This document shows positions 27,545 through 37,202 of a stretch of 64,000 bases of DNA, piece by piece. The position numbers and the translations under genes were made by a program. The DNA comes from an uncultured Acidobacteriota bacterium. GTDB taxonomy: Bacteria > Acidobacteriota > Thermoanaerobaculia > Gp7-AA8. Where the stretch lies: positions 480,001 through 544,000 of the forward strand of contig CAVUKB010000010.1 of assembly GCA_963741955.1 (NCBI GenBank), read 5' to 3'. The notes under the pieces were generated by a model that was not told where the DNA came from, did not search any database, and saw only the letters and a program-made list of their open reading frames with translations. Position 1 is the first letter of the stretch; each line of letters opens with the position of its first letter.

Positions 27545-27652
27545 CGCGGATCTCTCACGCCGTTTCTGCGCGGAGGCGGATCGCACTCTCTGCTGTTGTC
27601 GTTGCATCAGGACGACTCATCACGTCTTCGCGACGGAGGTGAGTCCGGCCAG
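27542..27652. mobile_element. Degenerate, internally deleted copy of MITE-like family B
   Basis: TAGCGCGGATCTCTCACGCCGTTTCTGCGCGGAGGCGGAT...TTGCATCAGG...TCGCGACG.AGGTGAG aligns by eye to both arms of 55919..56103. Confidence 0.5.
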
Positions 27653-27809
27653 GAGGAATGGACGTGTCGGGTTCACATGACGGCGCTCGGAGACGTTGGT
27701 GCTTACGGAAAGGGCCACACGCTCTCTCGGGCTCACGCTCTCTGAGAACGGAACCCCGAGGCTCTCGGATCGGCGCAGCCGTCGATTCCCGCCACCGGCA
27801 CGCCCGATC

Positions 27810-29012
27810 ATGAACTTCTCGAGACGCACGAACTGGGCGGCCGGGACGAACCGGATCACGCTGGCGATCGAGGCGCGGCGACGCGCCGGGTACGAGATTC
27901 TCGACCTGACGGAAACGAACCCCACCCGGGTCGGACTCGAATATCCGGACGACGAGCTCGCATCGATTCTCGGACGCTCCAGCCGCGCGCGCTATGCGCC
28001 CGAATCGCTCGGGCTCTCGTCCGCACGGGAGTCGCTCGCAGCGAACATTCGAGCCGCCGGATTCGAGATCGATCCCGGCCGGATCGTCCTCACCGCGTCC
28101 ACCAGCGAGGCGTACAGCTTTCTCTTCCGCCTTCTCTGCGATCCCGGCGACTCGGTGCTCACCGGAGTTCCCTCCTACCCGCTGCTCGACCATCTCACCG
28201 CGCTCGACTCGGTGCGGCTCCTCCAGTTCCAGTTCCGCTGGCACGGCCGGTGGGAGCCGGACCTCCTCTCTCTGGCGGAGACGCTGGAAGAGCGAAGTCG
28301 CGCGCTCGTCGCGGTCCATCCGAACAATCCGACCGGAACGTATCTCGATCCGACGGAGCAGGACGCACTCGCAGCAGTCGCGCGCGAGAAGAAGATGGCG
28401 CTCGTCTCGGACGAAGTCTTCTTCGACTTTCCCCTGATGGACGGCGTCTCTCGAGCGCTCCCGGCATTCCTCCGGGAGGATGTGCTCGCGTTTTCACTCG
28501 GCGGGCTCTCCAAGAGTGCGGGCCTGCCGCACTGGAAACTCGGATGGATTCTCGTCGGCGGGCCGGAGGATCTCCGGCGCCGGGCGCTCGCGGGTCTCGA
28601 GCTGATTGCGGACACGTTCCTTTCCGTCTCCACGCCCGTTCAGGCCGCGCTTCCGGAGGTGTTGCGCGTCGCGCCCTCGATTCGCGACTCCATCACGGCG
28701 AGAACGCGCGCGAACCTCGCAGCGCTTCGAGAGGCTCTCGGGTTTTTGCCGGCCGTGGAGGTGCTGCCGGTGGAGGGAGGGTGGATGGCCGTGGTGCGCA
28801 TTCCGCGGACGTGCACGGATGAGGAGCTGGTGATCGATCTCCTGGAGCGGAGCGGGGTTGTAGTCCAGCCCGGCTATCTCTTCGACTTCGCTCGGGACGG
28901 GTTTCTGGTGCTCTCGCTCCTCCCGCCGCTCGATCGGTTCCGGGAGGGAGTGGCCCGGCTTGCTGCATATCTGGCAGGGCGGACGGAAGAAATGGACATT
29001 CCCCTGGATTAA
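27810..29012 (+). CDS. PLP-dependent aminotransferase class I/II
   Basis: DLTETNPT, TASTSEAY, PSYPL, HPNNPTG, DEVF, GLSKSAGLP.WKLGW. Confidence 0.92.
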   Translation: MNFSRRTNWAAGTNRITLAIEARRRAGYEILDLTETNPTRVGLEYPDDELASILGRSSRARYAPESLGLSSARESLAANIRAAGFEIDPGRIVLTASTSEAYSFLFRLLCDPGDSVLTGVPSYPLLDHLTALDSVRLLQFQFRWHGRWEPDLLSLAETLEERSRALVAVHPNNPTGTYLDPTEQDALAAVAREKKMALVSDEVFFDFPLMDGVSRALPAFLREDVLAFSLGGLSKSAGLPHWKLGWILVGGPEDLRRRALAGLELIADTFLSVSTPVQAALPEVLRVAPSIRDSITARTRANLAALREALGFLPAVEVLPVEGGWMAVVRIPRTCTDEELVIDLLERSGVVVQPGYLFDFARDGFLVLSLLPPLDRFREGVARLAAYLAGRTEEMDIPLD

Positions 29013-29021
29013 GCTATTGAA

Positions 29022-30032
29022 ATGATCTCGCCCGCCGACACTCTCGGCAGACCGCTTCGTGATCTGCGGATCTCGGTCACCGATCGCTGCAACTTTCGCT
29101 GTGTGTACTGCATGCCGCGGGAGGTGTTCGGGCGCGACTTTCACTTTCTTCCACCCGAAATGCTCCTCTCTTTCGAGGAGATCACCCGGTTAGCGCGAAT
29201 TTTCGTGTCGCTCGGCGTGGTGAAGATCCGCATCACCGGCGGCGAGCCTCTGCTGCGTCACGATCTGGAGAGGTTGGTCGCGATGCTCGCCCGCATCGAA
29301 GGGCTCCAGGATCTGACCCTCACCACCAACGGCTCGCTGCTGGAACAGAAGGCCGGGGTGCTCCGAGAGGCCGGGCTGAAACGGGTGACGGTGAGCCTCG
29401 ACTCGCTCGACGACGACGTCTTCCGGAGGATGAACGACGTCGACTTCGGGGTCGATCGCGTTCTGCGCGGCATCGACGCGGCGGTCCGGGCGGGCTTCTC
29501 GCCGGTCAAGATCAACATGGTTCTTCGTCGCGGATTGAACGACGGCACGGTCGTCGACGTGGCGCGCTTTTTCCGCGGGCCTGGATTCGTGGTCCGGTTC
29601 ATCGAGTACATGGACGTCGGAAACACGAACGGCTGGAGGCTCGACGACGTCGTGCCCTCCGCCGAAGTGCTGGAGCGGATCGCACGGGAGCTGCCGCTCG
29701 AACCGATGGAAGGATCGTATCGGGGGGAAGTCGCCGAGCGGTACCGCTACCGGGATGGAGGAGGCGAGATCGGCTTCATCTCATCGGTCACGCGTCCGTT
29801 CTGCGGCGATTGTACCCGGGCCCGCCTTTCGTCGGACGGGATGCTCTACAGCTGTCTTTTCGCCTCCCAGGGGACGGATCTCCGTTCCCTCCTCAGGGGA
29901 GCGGCCGGCGATGCGGAAGTCGCCGACGTGCTGCGACAGATCTGGATCTCGCGAACCGATCGATACTCCGAGCTCCGGACTGCAGAGACCAGTGGTCTCC
30001 CGAAGGTGGAGATGTCCCGGGTCGGCGGATAA
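29022..30032 (+). CDS. moaA: GTP 3',8-cyclase
   Basis: [37 protein letters not shown]-terminal GG. Confidence 0.97.
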   Translation: MISPADTLGRPLRDLRISVTDRCNFRCVYCMPREVFGRDFHFLPPEMLLSFEEITRLARIFVSLGVVKIRITGGEPLLRHDLERLVAMLARIEGLQDLTLTTNGSLLEQKAGVLREAGLKRVTVSLDSLDDDVFRRMNDVDFGVDRVLRGIDAAVRAGFSPVKINMVLRRGLNDGTVVDVARFFRGPGFVVRFIEYMDVGNTNGWRLDDVVPSAEVLERIARELPLEPMEGSYRGEVAERYRYRDGGGEIGFISSVTRPFCGDCTRARLSSDGMLYSCLFASQGTDLRSLLRGAAGDAEVADVLRQIWISRTDRYSELRTAETSGLPKVEMSRVGG

Positions 30033-30045
30033 GTCGTGACTCCAT

Positions 30046-30234
30046 GGGGTGCGGCTCATCCGATCCGCCGCGAGAATCGTCTCGTGCGCGACGAATACGG
30101 AGCCTGTGGCTGCGCGCGAAGCGTCGGTGGCGGTGGTCGAGTCGTCGCGTCGGCCGGGCTCCGCTTCTGCCACAGAGCTCGTCACGATCGGCTCCGAACA
30201 CGATTGCCGCGGCGGATCAGAGGATCCGCGCCCC
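30046..30234. repeat. 189-nt imperfect long hairpin between convergent genes
   Basis: Nested arms GGGGTGCGG/CCGCGCCCC, GATCCGCCGCG/CGCGGCGGATC, AATCGT/ACGATT, GACGA/TCGTC, CTGTGGC/GCCACAG. Confidence 0.6.
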
Positions 30235-30328
30235 TCGGCGAGGAGTGACGCTACGGATACGGACCCCGCCCAGCGGGATTCGCGACGATCGCGTTGAATA
30301 GCCCGGTGAGCACATTGCAGACCGCACA

Positions 30329-30907
30329 TCATACCGAGCCGCCGAATTTCGGCGCGAGCCGTTCCGCCTTTGCCTGAACATCCTGGATGACGGGGAGGTT
30401 GGTTGCCGCGAAGTTCCTCACGTCAGCGTCCTGTAACCGGTTGATCCCCTCGTCGAAGCTGATGGATTCCGTCTGGTGCGTTTTTGCCACGAGCTCCGTG
30501 AAGCGGCGGTCGAAGCCATCGCTCCGGAGTGTTTTCACCTCTTCGATCTGCGAGGCGACGTCTGCGGCGGGAGTGAGGGGGAGCGGGACGTGCTTCCGCG
30601 TGGCGAGCTCCCTCAGCTCGGAATCGAAGCTCTGATACGAGTCGAGCATGGTCCGGGCGAGCTGACGGACGTCCGGATCCGTCGAGCTCATCAGACCGAT
30701 TCGCGCGAGATCGATCTGCGCGACACCGAACCGAGCGGCACCGACGAGGAACTGCCGGTCGAGGGATGACGGCGGCGGCGGGGCTTTCTTCCGTGTGGTG
30801 GCAGCAGTTCTTCGCCTCTGTTCGCTCATTGTCGCTCCGCCGTTGCAGGCGACTGCGGACGTGAGGAGAATGACCGCGATCAGGAAGAGCGAGAGAGGTC
30901 GGGACAT
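30329..30907 (-). CDS. DUF4142-domain lipoprotein
   Basis: Lipobox AVAC; DRQFLVGAA, DPDVRQLARTM, FDRRF, DADVRNFAATNLPVIQ. Confidence 0.8.
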   Translation of the reverse strand: MSRPLSLFLIAVILLTSAVACNGGATMSEQRRRTAATTRKKAPPPPSSLDRQFLVGAARFGVAQIDLARIGLMSSTDPDVRQLARTMLDSYQSFDSELRELATRKHVPLPLTPAADVASQIEEVKTLRSDGFDRRFTELVAKTHQTESISFDEGINRLQDADVRNFAATNLPVIQDVQAKAERLAPKFGGSV

Positions 30908-31067
30908 CGGAGGCGGCGGGTGCAACAGACTTGCCCGCCGGTATCGCGGAGCTCGCACACCCTTCGGCAGCGCAGACGTGACGAATCCGGAACAACATGG
31001 AGCGGCTCCTCTGTCACCTCCATCCGCGGCGTACAATCAGATCCATCGCAGAAAAGAGGAGATTTGC

Positions 31068-31592
31068 ATGAAAAAACGCTGGGTTCATGGGATCGTCGCG
31101 TCTCTGTTCATCGCTTCGGCCGCGTTCGCCGCCGCTCCGCAGGTGGGGCAGCAGGCTCCCGACTTCAGTCTGGTGAGCAGCGAAGGGAAACCGACGTCGC
31201 TGAAAGACTTCCGCGGGAAATGGGTGGTGCTCTATTTCTACCCGAAGGACTTCACCAGCGGCTGCACGCTGGAGGCGAAGAGCTTTCAACGCGATCTCGC
31301 CGAGTACGAGAAGGCGAACGCAGTGATCGTTGGAGTGAGCGTCGACAGCGCGGAGTCTCACAAGAGCTTCTGCGCGAAGGAAGGATTGCGGTTCCACCTC
31401 CTCTCCGATCCGGCCGGGAAGGTGTCGACGACGTACGGCTCGGTCATGGAGTACGAGGGATCGACCTACTCGGCCCGCAACACGTTCCTGATCGACCCGG
31501 AGGGGCGGATCGTGAAGACCTTCATGGGAGTCAAGCCGGCGGGACACAGCGAAGAGGTGCTCGCTGCGCTGGCGGAGCTCGAAAAGAAGTAG
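31068..31592 (+). CDS. bcp: Peroxiredoxin (BCP/PrxQ) with a signal peptide
   Basis: APDFSL, GKWVVLYFYPKDFTSGCTLEA, RNTFLIDPEG; N-terminal Sec signal ending AFA. Confidence 0.92.
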   Translation: MKKRWVHGIVASLFIASAAFAAAPQVGQQAPDFSLVSSEGKPTSLKDFRGKWVVLYFYPKDFTSGCTLEAKSFQRDLAEYEKANAVIVGVSVDSAESHKSFCAKEGLRFHLLSDPAGKVSTTYGSVMEYEGSTYSARNTFLIDPEGRIVKTFMGVKPAGHSEEVLAALAELEKK

Positions 31593-31620
31593 CGGGATCG
31601 CCGACCGCGGGGAAGAAACA

Positions 31621-31649
31621 GAACGCCCCGGGAGAACCCCGGGGCGTTC
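31621..31649. terminator. Hairpin between convergent genes (probably bidirectional terminator)
   Basis: GAACGCCCCGGG-AGAAC-CCCGGGGCGTTC. Confidence 0.7.
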
Positions 31650-31671
31650 ACCTGCTTCGTTCGCTCTGCTG

Positions 31672-32553
31672 CTATTTCGTTTTCACACAGCCGCCGTTCG
31701 CGTTCGACCATTCGTACTGGTACGCATACCCACCGGTGCCGATGAACGGCGTCGGCGACCAGGCGCACTTGTCGTCCGCTTCGTAGCCCCGGCGGTCGAA
31801 CCAGGCATTGCCGAGTGCGTCGGTGACCGCTTCGCGGGTCTCGTGGGTGGCGAAATGCTCCTGGTTCTGCGCGGCAGTGAAGCCGCTGACCTGGCAGCCG
31901 CTGCACCCCGGATACGGTTCGATCGAGTACTTCACGTTCTTGCCGGATCCATCGACGTAATGGCTGTGGTACGCGCAGTACGCGAGAGAGAACCCGGAGG
32001 TCGCGCCGCAGGAAGCCTGGCTTCCGTCGGACGAGAACGACGTCTTCGGGAGGTAGACTTCGTAGACCGTGTTGTAGTCGACTCCGTGGGCCGCAACGTA
32101 CCTCTGCACTTCCGACTGAACGGTGGCGTCGGTCACGTTCTGGGGAGGCGTCGAGGTGTCGAACCAGTCGGCCTGATTCACGAGACTCCCCTGGGCGATG
32201 TTGCCGTATCCGGAGACGGGGTCTTCACCGTAGTACTGCGTGATGGTGTTGTACTCGGGAGTGGTTCCGAACTGGTTCCGGAACGACTGGAGCTCCTGCG
32301 CGTACGCGTTGTCGGCCGACCCGGCCTGGTTGAACGTCGGTCCCCAGAAGATCATCACGACATTGGCATTCCGGATGACCGTGCCGCCATTGTGGTAGTT
32401 CAGGTTCGATCCGCCACCTCCGGAAGGCTTGGCGTAGCCGCGCATGTAGAACTTCTTCGCATGGGAATTCGAAGTGTTGGTCTCGGGGGCACTCTGGGCG
32501 AAGGCGGAAGCGGCGAGAAGAGAAACGAACAGCACCGAAAGAAGCTTTTTCAT
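31672..32553 (-). CDS. Secreted Cys-containing protein, Phi-1/EXORDIUM-like
   Basis: Signal peptide; LNYHNGG, IFWGP, CAYHSH, HETREAVTD..NAWFD..GYEADDKCAW. Confidence 0.7.
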   Translation of the reverse strand: MKKLLSVLFVSLLAASAFAQSAPETNTSNSHAKKFYMRGYAKPSGGGGSNLNYHNGGTVIRNANVVMIFWGPTFNQAGSADNAYAQELQSFRNQFGTTPEYNTITQYYGEDPVSGYGNIAQGSLVNQADWFDTSTPPQNVTDATVQSEVQRYVAAHGVDYNTVYEVYLPKTSFSSDGSQASCGATSGFSLAYCAYHSHYVDGSGKNVKYSIEPYPGCSGCQVSGFTAAQNQEHFATHETREAVTDALGNAWFDRRGYEADDKCAWSPTPFIGTGGYAYQYEWSNANGGCVKTK

Positions 32554-32615
32554 TCTTTGTCCCTTTCTGTGAACGTCCGTCGAATCCCCTGCGACGTTCT
32601 GAGCGGCGCTCCATC

Positions 32616-32660
32616 AGCGAGGGTTGTGCCAGGGGACTTCTGGTGTGTAACTCATTGAAA
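32616..32660 (-). promoter_or_regulatory. Candidate sigma54 (-24/-12) promoter with an adjacent IHF-like site
   Basis: Minus strand TGGCACAACCCTCGCT (GG-N10-GC) at 32631-32616 and TTTCAATGAGTTA (WATCAA-N4-TTR-like) at 32660-32648. Confidence 0.55.
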
Positions 32661-32833
32661 ATACAGACAGCTATCCGGACGCTGGCTCAGTTTCTGGACC
32701 GTCACGAGCCGAAGTGACGGGTCCATCACTGACCATTGTGATCAGAAACTGATCCAGGAGCTCCAAATAAGAGTGGGCTCCCGAACGGCGGGCGATTACA
32801 TTCGGGACACCTTCGATCGGAGGAGGGAGAAGG

Positions 32834-33000
32834 CTAGGAGTCTGCGCGGTAGGAACGTCCGTAGCGAGAAAGCGGAGCAGCGAGGCCAAATTCGTTCGGA
32901 TTTGAGGTGCGTAGCGGTGGCTACTCGCCGAAAATCCGGACGGATTTGGACCGCTGATCTGCTTTCGCAGTAGGACAGTTTCTATCGCGCAGACTCCTAG
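32834..33000. mobile_element. 167-bp CTAG-bounded palindromic MITE-like element, family A
   Basis: Ends CTAGGAGTCTGCGCG...CGCGCAGACTCCTAG; near-identical copy at 55756..55922. Confidence 0.88.
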
Positions 33001-33004
33001 GGAC

Positions 33005-33035
33005 AAAATGAAAACGCCGGCGTTGCCGTCGGCGT
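33005..33035 (-). terminator. Intrinsic terminator of the sdh operon
   Basis: Minus strand ACGCCGACG-GCAA-CGCCGGCGT followed by TTTCATTTT. Confidence 0.65.
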
Positions 33036-33058
33036 GATCTCGAAGCGTTGAGCTAGGC

Positions 33059-33822
<764 letters not shown>

Positions 33823-33823
<1 letters not shown>

Positions 33824-35736
33824 TACTTGTAGCTCCTTTGGGTCAGATGGACGTTCTCGAATTCGAGAGTCTCCTTGTGGAGGGCGGGGGCGTTCCCCTG
33901 ACCTTTCCACTCCCAGGCGGCGACGTAGGCGAACTTCTCGTCATCGCGCCTGGCCTCTCCCTCCGGGGTCTGGTGCTCGACCCGGAAGTGGCCACCGGCG
34001 GATTCCTCGCGATGGAGAGCGTCGATGCACATCAGCTCCGCCAGGTCGAAGTAGTCGATGACACGGCCGGCCTTCTCGAGGTTCTGGTTGAGCTCTTCAC
34101 CTCCGCCCACGACCGCGACGTTCTTCCAGAAGTCGTCGCGAAGCTGACGGATCTTTCCAAGGGCGAGCTCCAGTCCTTCCCTGCTGCGGGCCATGCCGCA
34201 GTACTCCCAGGTGATCTGGCCGAGCTCTTTGTGGAACGAGTCGACGGTCCGGTTGCCTTTGTTCTCCAGCAATCGTCTGGTGATCCTGCGTACGCCCTCC
34301 TCGGCTTCCCGGAATTCGTCGTCGCCGGCGGGACGGATCTTGTTGAGCTTCGTCGCGAGGAAATTCGCGACGGTGTTCGGAACGACGAAGTAGCCGTCCG
34401 CGAGTCCCTGCATCAGTGCGGACGCGCCGAGGCGGTTCGCACCGTGATCGGAGAAATTCGCTTCGCCGATCACGAAGAGTCCCGGGATACTGCTCTGGAG
34501 GTTGTAGTCGACCCACAGACCGCCCATGGTGTAGTGCGGCGCGGGATAGATCCGCATCGGAACCTCGTAGGGATCCTCGTCGGTGATGTCGTGGTACATC
34601 TCGAAGAGATTTCCGTAGCGCTCTTCGATCACCGGACGACCGAGTCGTTCGATGGCGTCGGCGAAGTCGAGATACACGCCGCGGCCGCTCGGGCCGACGC
34701 CGCGACCTTCGTCGCAGACTTCCTTCGCGTTCCGGGAAGCGACGTCGCGGGGGACCAGATTGCCGAACCCGGGATACTTCCGTTCGAGGTAGTAATCGCG
34801 ATCCGCCTCGGGGATGTCGTTCGGCTTGCGCGTCTCGCCCTGCTTCTTCGGCACCCAGATCCGGCCGTCGTTGCGGAGCGACTCCGACATCAGTGTGAGC
34901 TTGGACTGGAAGTCGCCGCTCTGCGGGATGCAGGTCGGGTGGATCTGCGTGTAGCAGGGGTTGGCGAAGTAAGCGCCGCGCTTGTGAGCTCGCCAGATCG
35001 CCGTGGCGTTGCTCTGCTTGGCGTTGGTCGAGAGATAGAAGACGTTGGCGTATCCGCCGGTGCCGAGGATCACCGCATCGGCCTTGTGGGTCTCGATTCT
35101 TCCGGTGATCAGGTTTCGGGTGACGATTCCCCGGGCTTCGCCGTCGACCACCACCAAGTCGAGCATCTCGGTGCGGGTGAGCATCTCCACGGTTCCTGCG
35201 TCGATCTGGCGCTCGAGCGCCTGATACGCGCCGAGGAGCAGCTGCTGTCCGGTCTGGCCGCGTGCGTAGAACGTGCGCGAGACCTGCACGCCGCCGAAGG
35301 AGCGGTTGTCGAGGAGACCGCCGTACTCACGCGCAAAGGGAACGCCCTGAGCCACGCACTGGTCGATGATGTTCACGCTGACCTGGGCGAGCCGGTAGAC
35401 GTTGGCCTCGCGGGAGCGGTAGTCGCCTCCCTTGACCGTGTCGTAGAAGAGCCGCCAGATGCTGTCGCCGTCGTTCCGGTAATTCTTCGCCGCGTTGATT
35501 CCCCCCTGCGCTGCGATGCTGTGCGCGCGCCGGGGCGAGTCGTGGTAAACGACGCATTTGACCTTGTAGCCGAGCTCTCCGAGAGTGGCTGCGGCGGAGG
35601 CTCCGGCAAGACCGGCTCCGACCACGATGATCTCGAACTTTCGGCGGTTCGACGGGTTGACGAGTTTGTAGTCGAATCTGACCTTGTCCCACTTCTCCGG
35701 CAGAGGGCCGGCAGGGATATTCGAATTCAGTTCCAT
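33823..35736 (-). CDS. sdhA: Succinate dehydrogenase/fumarate reductase flavoprotein
   Basis: [40 protein letters not shown]; true start MELNSNIP at 35736. Confidence 0.97.
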
Positions 35737-35753
35737 CGAGCCTGACTCCTGAC

Positions 35754-36431
35754 CTATCTGACCCATCCGGCGAGTACCGAGACCGGAATCGAGATGTTGC
35801 CGATCGCGATGATCAGCGCGAAGGCGGTCGCGAAGTAGCGACGCCAGAGATTGAATCGCGGATTGTTCCAGCCGAGCGACTGGAAGAGGCTCCAGAGGCC
35901 GTGGTAGAGGTGAAAGCCGAGCGCGACGTTCGCGATGACGTAGAACGACGCGATCCACCAGACCGAGAACGAAGCGACCACATTGTGGTACGGATCGCCC
36001 TGGATGAAGTTGGGGTTCACCGTTCCGAAGGTCAGGTCCAGCAGGTGCCAGATCACGAAGAGGACGATGATCACTCCGCCCCATCTCATGGTGCGGGCCG
36101 CATAGGTCGCGGCGGGGTAGTCCCGATCCCGGTAGCCGACCGGACGAGCCTTCCAGTTCATCAGCGTCAGCTGCGTCGCAGCCTGGATGTGGAACCACGT
36201 CGCGACGATCAGCAGCGCCCGGGTGATCCAGAGGACCGCCGAAGTGGGGAATGCCGGCCCTCCGATGACTCTGAGCCATTCGGCATAGTGGTTGAGTGCT
36301 TGCGGTCCGAGATAGATCTTCAGATTGCCGACCATGTGCGCCGTGATCCAGGCAAAGATGAAAATGCCCGTCACGGCCATGACGGCCTTCTTACCGATGG
36401 CGGACCTGTAGAACTTCAGAAACCAAGGCAT
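35754..36431 (-). CDS. sdhC: Succinate dehydrogenase cytochrome b subunit
   Basis: [40 protein letters not shown]; five TM helices. Confidence 0.92.
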   Translation of the reverse strand: MPWFLKFYRSAIGKKAVMAVTGIFIFAWITAHMVGNLKIYLGPQALNHYAEWLRVIGGPAFPTSAVLWITRALLIVATWFHIQAATQLTLMNWKARPVGYRDRDYPAATYAARTMRWGGVIIVLFVIWHLLDLTFGTVNPNFIQGDPYHNVVASFSVWWIASFYVIANVALGFHLYHGLWSLFQSLGWNNPRFNLWRRYFATAFALIIAIGNISIPVSVLAGWVR

Positions 36432-36651
36432 CGGCTGTTCACCTTTCGAAAGAACGAGGTTGTCGATGGGAGGAACCGGCCGCCCGACCGTGTCGTCCGG
36501 CGTCAGTCTGAGCTCCATGTCGGGCGTAATGATATCGAGCCGGGACGAACATGGAAAGTGCGCAAGCGCACGTCCTCTTGTGAGTTGTGGGCAGAGCGTG
36601 AAAAGAAGGAGTCGGGGGGTAGATGACAGAGCAGAAAGGAGGAGAGTGGGT

Positions 36652-37200
36652 TCAGGATCGGCCCAGGAGCCGCTCGATCTTCTCCAATGCCCGCTCCGAT
36701 CCTCGTTCGCCGAGCCTCTTCGAAGCCTCGTCGAGATCGAACCAGCGGAGCTCCACCGACTCGTCCGCCGATGTCCGGATCGATTCGGGTTCGGGAGTGG
36801 TGAAGAGAAACCTGACGTCGAAATGGAGATGAGGCGGCTCTCCGCGGCCGGCGGGGATCGGATGGATGTCGAGATCGAGAATCCGTCCGTCGACCGGGGT
36901 GATCGTCTCCAGTCCCGATTCCTCGAGAGCTTCCCGGCGTGCGGCGTCGAGCAGACTCTCGCCCTCCTCGATGTGACCTCCCAGCTGCAGCCACCGGTCG
37001 AGTCTGCGGTGGTGATGAAGCAGAAGGCGCCTCGCATCATCGACGACGAACGCACTCGCAGTGAAGTGTCCGGGGAAGAAATGCTCCCGCGAGAACGACG
37101 AAGGTGCGGTTTCCGCGAGGCGGACCATCGCATCGCGATGCCCGGCTTCGCGGTCGTCGGCGGGTACGTAACCGCGCAGCTGCCGGATCAGATCGTCCAC
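36652..37200 (-). CDS. NUDIX hydrolase
   Basis: GHFTASAFV, WLQLGGHIEEGESLLDAARREALEESGL (Nudix box), HLHFDVRF; GTG 37200 follows the upstream stop. Confidence 0.9.
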   Translation of the reverse strand: MDDLIRQLRGYVPADDREAGHRDAMVRLAETAPSSFSREHFFPGHFTASAFVVDDARRLLLHHHRRLDRWLQLGGHIEEGESLLDAARREALEESGLETITPVDGRILDLDIHPIPAGRGEPPHLHFDVRFLFTTPEPESIRTSADESVELRWFDLDEASKRLGERGSERALEKIERLLGRS

Positions 37201-37202
37201 GC

